A program made the position numbers and the translations under genes. The notes beneath the pieces were generated by a model. It was not told where the DNA came from. It did no database searches and saw only the letters and a list, made by a program, of their open reading frames with translations. From positions 433,195 through 497,194 of IMG/VR virus record IMGVR_UViG_3300017971_000185: 64,000 bases of DNA. One strand, given 5' to 3'. Shown here one piece after another: positions 56,230 through 63,466 of the stretch (position 1 is the stretch's first letter; every line of letters starts with the position of its first letter).

Positions 56230-56558
56230 GTTTCCGCCCTGTTACGGGGCGGTTGCGATTACAAGGAAGAGCCGCTGGACCTGAGCGCAGCCACCAAGCT
56301 GTTTCCGCCCTGTTACGGGGCGGTTGCGATTACAAGAGCCGTGAACGAGCAGGAATGCGCCCAAATCCTGGCCGAGTTTCCGCCCTGTTACGGGGCGGTT
56401 GCGATTACAAGGCCATGAGCTTGGCGCTCATTGATTCGAGGGCCGCTGCGTTTCCGCCCTGTTACGGGGCGGTTGCGATTACAAGATCGAGATTCTGCGG
56501 TGGACACGCGCCAGCATGTTGAGTTTCCGCCCTGTTACGGGGCGGTTGCGATTACAAG
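56230..56558 (+). CRISPR. Block A: 5 identical 36-nt repeats
   Basis: GTTTCCGCCCTGTTACGGGGCGGTTGCGATTACAAG at 56230, 56301, 56376, 56450, 56523; spacers 35, 39, 38, 37 nt. Confidence 0.97.
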
Positions 56559-56592
56559 GATTGCACGGCCTACGAGGGGTTTCCGCTCTCTC

Positions 56593-56836
56593 TTCCGTCT
56601 CCGGCCTCGAATCGAGGAGGCGGTTTCGATTGCAACGCACGCGGATGCGAAACTCCGTCTTCTCCAAGTCTGTCTCCGCGGGAGGCGGTTTCGATTGCAA
56701 CATGTCGTGCGTCGAGACATCCAGAGTGGGTTCCGTCTCCGCGGGGAGGCGTTTCGATTGCAACACCAACGGCGGTCAGGGAGTTGGAGCATGGGATTGC
56801 GTTCCGTCTCCGCGGGGAGACGGTTTCGATTGCAGT
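56593..56836 (+). CRISPR. Block B1: 4 variant repeats
   Basis: Consensus GTTCCGTCTCCGCGGGGAG(G/A)CGGTTTCGATTGCAAC at about 56593, 56668, 56730, 56801. Confidence 0.85.
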
Positions 56837-56863
56837 ATGTTGGTGGTGGAATCCTCGCCGAGT

Positions 56864-56893
56864 AGAGCCCCCTCAAACGAGGGGGCTCTTTTT
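56864..56893 (+). terminator. Intrinsic terminator inside the array
   Basis: AGAGCCCCCTC-AAAC-GAGGGGGCTCT (11-bp stem) followed by TTTT. Confidence 0.85.
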
Positions 56894-56939
56894 CCCAGTC
56901 TTCGATTACAACTACGCCATTCGGCCCCAAGGCGATCTC

Positions 56940-57345
56940 GTTTCCGCCCTCCTGCGGAGCGGTTGCGATTACAACGCTCTCACCGGCCTCAGTGTTCTCT
57001 ACTCCTTCTGGTTTCCGCTCCTCTGCGGAGCGGTTGCGATTACAACTACCGGACCGACAGCTACACCAATCTGATCAGAAAATCGAGCACCGTCGCATCG
57101 GACAGTGGTTTCCGCTCCTCTGCGGAGCGGTTGCGATTACAACTAATCGGTTTCCACCGCCGAGGGAGAACCCCGCACGTTTCCGCCCTCCTGCGGGGCG
57201 GTTGCGGTTACAACGTGACGGTCACAGGTCGAATTTCGTCTGCCCGGTCCGCCCTCCTGCGGGGCGGTTGCGATTACAACGCTACCGAGAGATCGCGGAA
57301 CGGTTGGGTGTTTCCGCCCTCCTGCGGGGCGGTTGCGATTACAAC
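56940..57345 (+). CRISPR. Block C: 6 repeats
   Basis: GTTTCCGC(C/T)C..TGCGG(G/A)GCGGTTGCGATTACAAC at 56940, 57011, 57108, 57179, 57247, 57310. Confidence 0.93.
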
Positions 57346-57376
57346 CTGCACGCTCAGCCGCCCACGAGGGTACGAG

Positions 57377-57841
57377 GTTCGTCTCCGAGGGAGACGGTTT
57401 CGATTGCAACCAGATGTGGGATGCAGTGTCCGTGTCCGCCTCTCACGGAGGCGGTTTCGATTGCAATTTCGTTGGCTCTCACTGATCGGTTTTTCGTGTT
57501 CCGTCTCCGAGGAGGCGGTTTCGATTGCAACCCCACTGACCTCAGCGCCATACGACGGTTCCGTTCCGTCTCCGAGGAGACGGTTTCGATTGCAACCTCC
57601 ACCCACGTCGTGTAGGTGCCGCCCCGTAGAGGGGCGGTTTCGATTATAACACGCGGGACTCGGGAAGAAGTTGAACCCGGATCGTTGGGTCCGCCCTTTT
57701 GGGCGGTTTCGATTACAACAATCAAGGTGGTACGTCATTTCGGGAGAGGGAGCGATTGCGATTACAACCGCATGATGTCCTGGATGGGCTTGATCGTTGA
57801 GGTTTCCGCTCTCTGCGCTACGGAGGGCGGTTGCGATCAAC
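57377..57841 (+). CRISPR. Block B2 plus hybrid/degenerate repeats
   Basis: B-type at 57377, 57434, 57498, 57563; hybrids at 57616, 57689; degenerate at about 57746 and 57802. Confidence 0.85.
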
Positions 57842-58016
57842 GATTTCGAACGGGTACGAGCCGGAGATTCAGCGAACGAAGAAATTGTTGGGTCCCCTCA
57901 TTCATCCCAAAATCGTGTGGGAAGTCAGACAGGGGGAAAGCCCCGTGTGGGAAACGGACGGCAACCCTCTCAAGGAAGCGTGGAAAACAATCCACGGATC
58001 GGGGTAGAATGAGCCC

Positions 58017-58526
58017 ATGCGTCGTCGTGAGATACTGACTGGTTTGGCTCTGGCCCCTTGTGTGGGCCTCCTGCCCTCCATCGCGAGAGGGTCCGAGGGG
58101 TTGAGCATTCCTGAGAAGCAAAGGCGCATTGCCAAACTCCTTAAGAGTCCTGAGGGGCGCCGTAGGCTGACTGCGAGCATGACTCACCCTCGACGTTGTG
58201 GGGGATTGGGCTATTCCACGGTGCCGCAGGGGCGACCGTTCCGTCCCGGTTACGAGTTTGTCCGAGGGGACCTGGCCCTGTTCACCGCGGGAGGGCCCGT
58301 CGAGTCGGTGACGTACACCTTGGTGGGTCCGTTGTCGTCCAAATGGAAATACGGTTACGCGATCGGCCCGGTGGATCGCGTTCCGGTCAACCCGGCACCG
58401 GGGGAGTACTACCCTGCGCTTCATGTTCCTTTGAGCGCGTTGCCGGGCGAGTACCAGATCCGATGGAAGGTGCGTTTGGAGAATGGCGAGGTTCGGGATC
58501 CCGTTCAGCCGTTTTGGGTAGGATAG
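58017..58526 (+). CDS. Protein with Tat-like N-terminus and MCP N-arm homology
   Basis: MRRREILTGLALAP; KQRRIAKLLKSPEGRRRLTASMTHP is 13/25 identical to MCP residues 8-32. Confidence 0.65.
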   Translation: MRRREILTGLALAPCVGLLPSIARGSEGLSIPEKQRRIAKLLKSPEGRRRLTASMTHPRRCGGLGYSTVPQGRPFRPGYEFVRGDLALFTAGGPVESVTYTLVGPLSSKWKYGYAIGPVDRVPVNPAPGEYYPALHVPLSALPGEYQIRWKVRLENGEVRDPVQPFWVG

Positions 58527-58883
58527 ATGCCTTTCGATCTGACCAAAGAGGAAGCGCAGGCGCTTCTCGACGTGATCGTTCACTTCCAGGTGTTGAGCCA
58601 CACTCCCGAACCCGAGTGTGGTCGCCTTCGTTCCGTGGAGCAGAAGCTCGAAAGGTTCGTGGGAGGCGAGCCGTCCGAGCCAGAGACGCCTCTCTCCGAC
58701 CAAGTGCTACTGCGTGTCCAGTTTGGGATGCTTGGTGTGATCGAAGCAGGTGAGTTGGCCGGACGGACGCGAGATCAGGTTCTCGATGAGTTTCCGATGG
58801 ACAGGTCCGTGTTGGAGCCGTTGTTGGCTGGGGACTTTGATGCGGTGCGGAAGGCTGCGCGGGCGCGGAAGGAAGTGGGCTAG
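58527..58883 (+). CDS. Hypothetical protein
   Basis: 118-aa ORF abutting the upstream stop. Confidence 0.55.
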   Translation: MPFDLTKEEAQALLDVIVHFQVLSHTPEPECGRLRSVEQKLERFVGGEPSEPETPLSDQVLLRVQFGMLGVIEAGELAGRTRDQVLDEFPMDRSVLEPLLAGDFDAVRKAARARKEVG

Positions 58884-58904
58884 AGGAACGGAAGGCGTGA
58901 CAGC

Positions 58905-59222
58905 ATGGAATGCACGTGCGAAATAGAGTGTTGTGACGGAGAGCCTATCCTCGACTACGAGGCTGTCCGGCTCACGGTGCAGGAGAGCCCTCTATGCGAT
59001 GAGTGCGGTGAGACGATTCCGAAGGGAGCGTTTGCGGAGCGCGTGACGGGGTTGTGCGAGGGCGAGTTTGTCTGCTGGTACACCTGCGAGGTATGCTTGC
59101 GGATCAGAGACGATCTCATGGGCCGGTGTTTCTGCCATGGCACGATGCGAGATGACCTGCGAAGCTGCCTTGGTGTAGACTACGTTACGGGCGAGGTTGA
59201 TGAGGAATGGGAGGCGGCATGA
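58905..59222 (+). CDS. Cys-rich zinc-finger protein
   Basis: CDECGETIPKG..TCEVC. Confidence 0.65.
   Translation: MECTCEIECCDGEPILDYEAVRLTVQESPLCDECGETIPKGAFAERVTGLCEGEFVCWYTCEVCLRIRDDLMGRCFCHGTMRDDLRSCLGVDYVTGEVDEEWEAA
59160..59211 (+). repeat. 52-nt direct repeat, right copy
   Basis: Matches 47200-47251 with 3 mismatches. Confidence 0.9.
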
Positions 59223-59566
59223 ACAAGATGGATGAGATCCCAACCAGCCGACGATCCCCAGCCGCCACCCTGGCACACCTAGCCCATGAAGCATGGGAGG
59301 GGCACTCGGCCCTGATCGTTCACGGCGGCATCCGAGGGACGGCGCCTCCGTCAGAGCATCGGGCGCGGATACTCCGCTCGTTTTGGAAGCAGCGTCGGCC
59401 GGGAGCGTTCATCGAGCAGCAGCCACCAGGGGTACGCCAGCGTTTGCGGAACCTCCGATCCGAAGACATCGCCAATGTCGGCGCATTCCCGGATTGGTAC
59501 GCTGAGGAAGAACCCCCAGTAGGCCGCGTCTGGAAACTGCCGGGTTTCCGAGACGACATCCTCTAG
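59219..59566 (+). CDS. Hypothetical protein, paralog of 47460-47825
   Basis: ATGA overlap; about 84% aa identity to the left copy. Confidence 0.8.
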   Translation: MNKMDEIPTSRRSPAATLAHLAHEAWEGHSALIVHGGIRGTAPPSEHRARILRSFWKQRRPGAFIEQQPPGVRQRLRNLRSEDIANVGAFPDWYAEEEPPVGRVWKLPGFRDDIL

Positions 59567-59898
59567 GGATCGTTCCGGTCACGTCTGCGGCGAGCGATGG
59601 CGGCTTCGACTGCTTCGAAGCAGGCACCATCTGCGTTCAGGAAGTCTCCACCGTCATCGTTCCACACTTCGACGGTGTAGCCTTCCTTGCTTGTGGCACA
59701 TACACGTTCTTCGCCTCCACTGAGGCGAAAGTTGTCTTCTTTTGACCACCATTCCCAGCCTTCCGGTAGCTTGGTGGCTTCGGCGGTGAGCGTTGCGCGT
59801 GCGTCTTTCTGTGCGTGATGCCATTCGTCGCTACCTGGGGTCGCATCTACGAGGTTTTGCAGCGCGGTTGTCAGGTTGGCGCAGCGTTTACAGGGCAT
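59563..59898 (-). CDS. Hypothetical protein
   Basis: MPCKRCANL...; TATATT 6 nt upstream of the ATG. Confidence 0.5.
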   Translation of the reverse strand: MPCKRCANLTTALQNLVDATPGSDEWHHAQKDARATLTAEATKLPEGWEWWSKEDNFRLSGGEERVCATSKEGYTVEVWNDDGGDFLNADGACFEAVEAAIARRRRDRNDP

Positions 59899-59979
59899 GG
59901 GGCTAATATACGCCCTTTGCTTGGATTTGGGGTATAGTCCTGTGAGGGCGACGATCCATCGCCTGACCTCCAAAGGCTC

Positions 59980-60092
59980 ACCCGCGCGGAGTCTGGGACG
60001 GAGGTAAAGGGGCTGCCGGACCTCGGGTCACGTCCTACGAATCTCTGACCGGCGAAGAAGTCGGAGCGCGGGTCCGCTTCGGAGCTAGCGGA
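59980..60092 (+). ncRNA. Candidate structured 5' leader RNA
   Basis: ACCCGCGC/GCGCGGGT closing helix, internal CCGGC/GTCGG stem, competing TCCGCT/AGCGGA hairpin near the RBS. Confidence 0.25.
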
Positions 60093-60103
60093 GATACGAG
60101 GAA

Positions 60104-61216
60104 GTGACCAAGGAAAGCAAATTCAAGCAACGCGTGCGTGATCGTATGGAGAGGACGGGCGAATCCTACGCTACTGCTCGACGCAACGAGAATGAGGCTG
60201 CGGGTTTGATCGAGGAGATGAAGGCAGTGGATGCTGAGCTTAGTGAGCTAGAGAAAGCTCAGCTAGAGCGCGAGAAGGTCAATCGTCAGTGGGTGAAGGA
60301 CAACCCAGGGCTCAAGGTTGTGACGCTGACGTTGACGCATAACGAGCACGGGACGCCGACGATTCACGTGTCGGGTCCTGAGCTTACGTCCATCCAGATC
60401 ACCCAGCCGCCTGACGTATACGTGGAAGCCATCCGACAGGCGTACCAGGACAACGAGTGGGCGAAGAACCCGAAGGACGATCTTGGTGATCTTCCCGAGT
60501 GTCGTTTGGAGGACTCCAAGCGCAAAGAGGACTTTGTCTACGAAAGCGGACCCGCGCCCGAGGGCACGATTCATGAGGACTTTGATGCGTTGGTGGCGGC
60601 GCTGTACAAGGTGAAGGGCCGTGTCATGTCTGTGGATCATCCGAACCATGGGCTTGTCGGGTTTGTGGAAACCGAGACGGACAAGTACCACTGGATACGG
60701 ATCAAGCCGACTCTTGCCTGGACTGAAACGGTCGCTTGGGAACATCTAGAGCTTTGGGGCCTGATGCAGACGCCGCGAGGGCGTTGCAAGGCCGCGGGTC
60801 TTTTCAGCCAGGAAGAGATGCTGGCGAAGGTGTCGTCGGCTCTAGAGGGCTGGTGGAAGAGTGCCTCTCCGTTTCCGACCAATCCTGATCCTGCGGAGAT
60901 CGTTGCTCCGCTTTCTGGAGAAGCGTTGGCTGATGTGTTTGCTCACGTCGAGAAATTCGATGTTTCGGTTGAGGCGATTGTGATGTCGGCGCGCAGTTTC
61001 CATGAGGTTTGTAAGCACGCAAGCGACAGCATCCGCTTGGAAACTCGTGCCCGGCTGATGAAGAAAGGGCTAATGGGTCGCCTGTGGGATGCTCTCGTGA
61101 TCACGACCCGAGAGATCGATGAGGATGAGATATGTTTCTTGGGTCGGGATCCCGAGGGGAAGTGGGTGTGTCACTCGCTTCGTGTGATTCGGCCATCTGC
61201 GCAGGGTTCAGAGTGA
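60104..61216 (+). CDS. Protein with C-terminal partial MCP paralog
   Basis: N-terminal KFKQRVRDRMERTGESYATARR; 60902-61111 is 28/70 identical, ungapped, to MCP 37323-37532. Confidence 0.8.
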   Translation: MTKESKFKQRVRDRMERTGESYATARRNENEAAGLIEEMKAVDAELSELEKAQLEREKVNRQWVKDNPGLKVVTLTLTHNEHGTPTIHVSGPELTSIQITQPPDVYVEAIRQAYQDNEWAKNPKDDLGDLPECRLEDSKRKEDFVYESGPAPEGTIHEDFDALVAALYKVKGRVMSVDHPNHGLVGFVETETDKYHWIRIKPTLAWTETVAWEHLELWGLMQTPRGRCKAAGLFSQEEMLAKVSSALEGWWKSASPFPTNPDPAEIVAPLSGEALADVFAHVEKFDVSVEAIVMSARSFHEVCKHASDSIRLETRARLMKKGLMGRLWDALVITTREIDEDEICFLGRDPEGKWVCHSLRVIRPSAQGSE

Positions 61217-63466
61217 CCTTCCGTGTTTTCGGAAGGCGATCCCGAGATTCCTTGCCCTGAGCTTGTCGTCTGCCCAGCACAGCCTGCATTCGCTACACGT
61301 CAACCCGGACAAGGTCTGCGCCGGGCAAGGGGCCAGCGACCAACCCGTCCCAGGTACCTGGAATACCTGACCGTCGGGAGATAGAGCAGGCACAATGACG
61401 GCAGGCGCGTACCCCATTGACACGACCCTCTTGATGTCTTCCACCGTGTCACAGGAGCCAAGGACGCTCGCCCGCCGAAACGCGGCGCGTGGGATCCACG
61501 CTGCCGAGTGAGTGTACGTCCACAGAGCCGTTCCCCTGTTCGCCAACCACCAGTCCGCGAGCCCAGCAACCATTTTTGCCTGACCGACCGTCGTCACGTC
61601 TCCACCACCATCGTGTAGACATAAGGCGAGCCCTTGGGGATCGGGAAATTTCTCCTTCGCAAGTTTGGCCTCAGCCGCGATAATTTCGTCGGCCGTCCAG
61701 TTTCCGTCTTTCGCTATTCGCTCAAGCCGCTTTGAGTTGCAAGGGTGTGCGTAGCATCCGTTGTCGCGCAGGGGGCAACTTGGCGGGCATGTTTGTTTGA
61801 TGGGAATCGAGGTTGAGATGATTTGAGAGATCGGCTTGGAGCCTCGGATCGGTGCATGTATTGCGACGGGTGGTTGGCGCGTTTTTGAAGAGATCCCGTG
61901 TTTGCGGAGATGGCAGATCACAGTTGATGGGGACACTTCCAGAGCTTGAGCGATGGTTTGATTGGTTGCTCCCTCTGCTACCATCTGTCGAAGAACATCC
62001 GCATCGAGGGGCTTGGGTTTCGGCCGCTCGATCCCATGTTTGCGGAGATGGTACGCCACAGTTGATGGGGACACTTCCAGAGCCCGAGCGATGGTCCGAT
62101 TGGTTGCTCCCTCTGCCACCATTTGTCGAAGAACATCCGCATCGAGCTTTCGAGCGGTGGTTTGGTTGGGTTTCTCTGCCACAACCTTCCGCTCGATCCC
62201 GTGTTTGCGGAGATGGTACGCCACAGTTGATGGGGACACTTTCAGAGCCCGCGCGATGGCCTGATCGGTTGCTCCCTCTGCTACCATCTGTTGAAGAACG
62301 TCCGCATCGAGAGTTTTCTGTTTCGGCCGCTCGATCCCGTGTTTGCGGAGATGGTACGCCACAGTTGATGGGGACACTTTCAGAGCCCGCGCGATGGCCT
62401 GATCGGTTGCTCCCTCCATCGTCATTTGTCGAAGAACATCCGCATCGAGGGGCTTGGGTTTTGGCCGCTTGATCCCGTGCTTGTGGAGATGGTACGCCAC
62501 AGTCGAGATAGACACTTTCAGAGCCCGAGCGATGGTCCGATTGGTTGCTCCCTCCATCACCATTTGTCGAAGAACATTCGCTTCTATGGTGGTTTTGCAG
62601 CGCTGCGATGGTGGAGGGGCGGCCTTCCAAAGCTCCTGTTGCCATTCGGAGAAACTGTCGAAATCGCGTCCGTTAGTGTAAGCCCATCGTTTGAGGAGAC
62701 GGCTGCGTTTGGGTTCGGGCGTCTTGCACCAAGCGATGTAATTCAGCAGCCATCGAAAGTTGGTCAGGGTTTTCGGAATCTCTGCGGGAAACCTTCGTGG
62801 GAAGATTTGTCGGAGGATTCTCTGAAGAGTCTCTTGTTTCCAGGCTCTAGTCTCGATCTGGAAAGGCGCGTACCACCCTGCCTTTTTTCCAGCAGACATC
62901 CAGGCTTGGATTTGAGCCTTGGTCTGGTCGGCCGATGCGTATTCTCTGCGGTACGATTTAGAGAAAAAATGCTTTCCGTCCGGCAGGCTTTCCAGCAAGC
63001 GTTTCTGTTTCGGTTCGATTTTTCCGAGAACGTATCGCCTGCGCCATGTTTCTAGCCACCATTTCCACTTTTTCTGGGAGCGTAGTTCCCAAAGAGATTG
63101 AGACTTTGTTAGGTGCTTGAGTCGGGTGATCCTGTCAAGCCATCGGGCGTGTGGGTATTTGCCGTCATTGTGGACTCGGTTGTTCCAGGTCCACCCGTCT
63201 AAGCTCTCAAGCAGCCGTATGCGATCTTGTGTTAGCTCTCCGTTGCGGTACATTCGGCGCTGATAAGCTATCCATTTCCCTATTGGTCGTCCGTCTCTTC
63301 GATCCGTGTAGCGGATTTGGTCGGCGCCACCACGTTCTTCCGATTCGGCAAGCACTTCGTAGTACGTCCCCATCCACTGGGCTGTCGAAAACGGTTGTGA
63401 TCGCTTCCGCCATCTTCGAAGGTCCCTCATCCAGTCTTTTTCGACGCACTGATCTCGGCTTGGCAT
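61208..63466 (-). CDS. Fusion: helicase-associated (HA)-like repeats + 5 HTH repeats + Cys-rich gp88-like domain
   Basis: IGKWIAYQRRMY..RIRLLESLDGWTW; 5x LDADVLRQM..HLRKHGI; TCPPSCPL..GCYA, LHDGGGD, WTYTH, CPAQT..CSECRLC. Confidence 0.75.
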   Translation of the reverse strand: MPSRDQCVEKDWMRDLRRWRKRSQPFSTAQWMGTYYEVLAESEERGGADQIRYTDRRDGRPIGKWIAYQRRMYRNGELTQDRIRLLESLDGWTWNNRVHNDGKYPHARWLDRITRLKHLTKSQSLWELRSQKKWKWWLETWRRRYVLGKIEPKQKRLLESLPDGKHFFSKSYRREYASADQTKAQIQAWMSAGKKAGWYAPFQIETRAWKQETLQRILRQIFPRRFPAEIPKTLTNFRWLLNYIAWCKTPEPKRSRLLKRWAYTNGRDFDSFSEWQQELWKAAPPPSQRCKTTIEANVLRQMVMEGATNRTIARALKVSISTVAYHLHKHGIKRPKPKPLDADVLRQMTMEGATDQAIARALKVSPSTVAYHLRKHGIERPKQKTLDADVLQQMVAEGATDQAIARALKVSPSTVAYHLRKHGIERKVVAEKPNQTTARKLDADVLRQMVAEGATNRTIARALEVSPSTVAYHLRKHGIERPKPKPLDADVLRQMVAEGATNQTIAQALEVSPSTVICHLRKHGISSKTRQPPVAIHAPIRGSKPISQIISTSIPIKQTCPPSCPLRDNGCYAHPCNSKRLERIAKDGNWTADEIIAAEAKLAKEKFPDPQGLALCLHDGGGDVTTVGQAKMVAGLADWWLANRGTALWTYTHSAAWIPRAAFRRASVLGSCDTVEDIKRVVSMGYAPAVIVPALSPDGQVFQVPGTGWSLAPCPAQTLSGLTCSECRLCWADDKLRARNLGIAFRKHGRSL
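61884..62587 (-). repeat. Five tandem HTH-coding repeats (period 138 nt, one 165 nt)
   Basis: Near-identical units, e.g. CATCCGCATCGAG recurring at about 61997, 62135, 62299, 62437. Confidence 0.92.

Larger units (their letters stand above)
56083..57841 (+). CRISPR. Mosaic CRISPR array, about 26 repeat-like units
   Basis: GTTTCC..CCGCCC-loop-GGGCGG..GATT(A/G)CAA(C/G) units separated by unique spacers, mostly 19-39 nt. Confidence 0.95.

Noticed and set aside
56702-56729. Spacer reading VRRDIQSG versus protease LVRDIESG (about 32247)
   Set aside because: Only 11/14 nt at the distal end and no seed match; compatible with chance
56179-58038. Long ORFs across the array (e.g. 56516-57649)
   Set aside because: Produced by stop-free repeats; the translations are periodic repeat text
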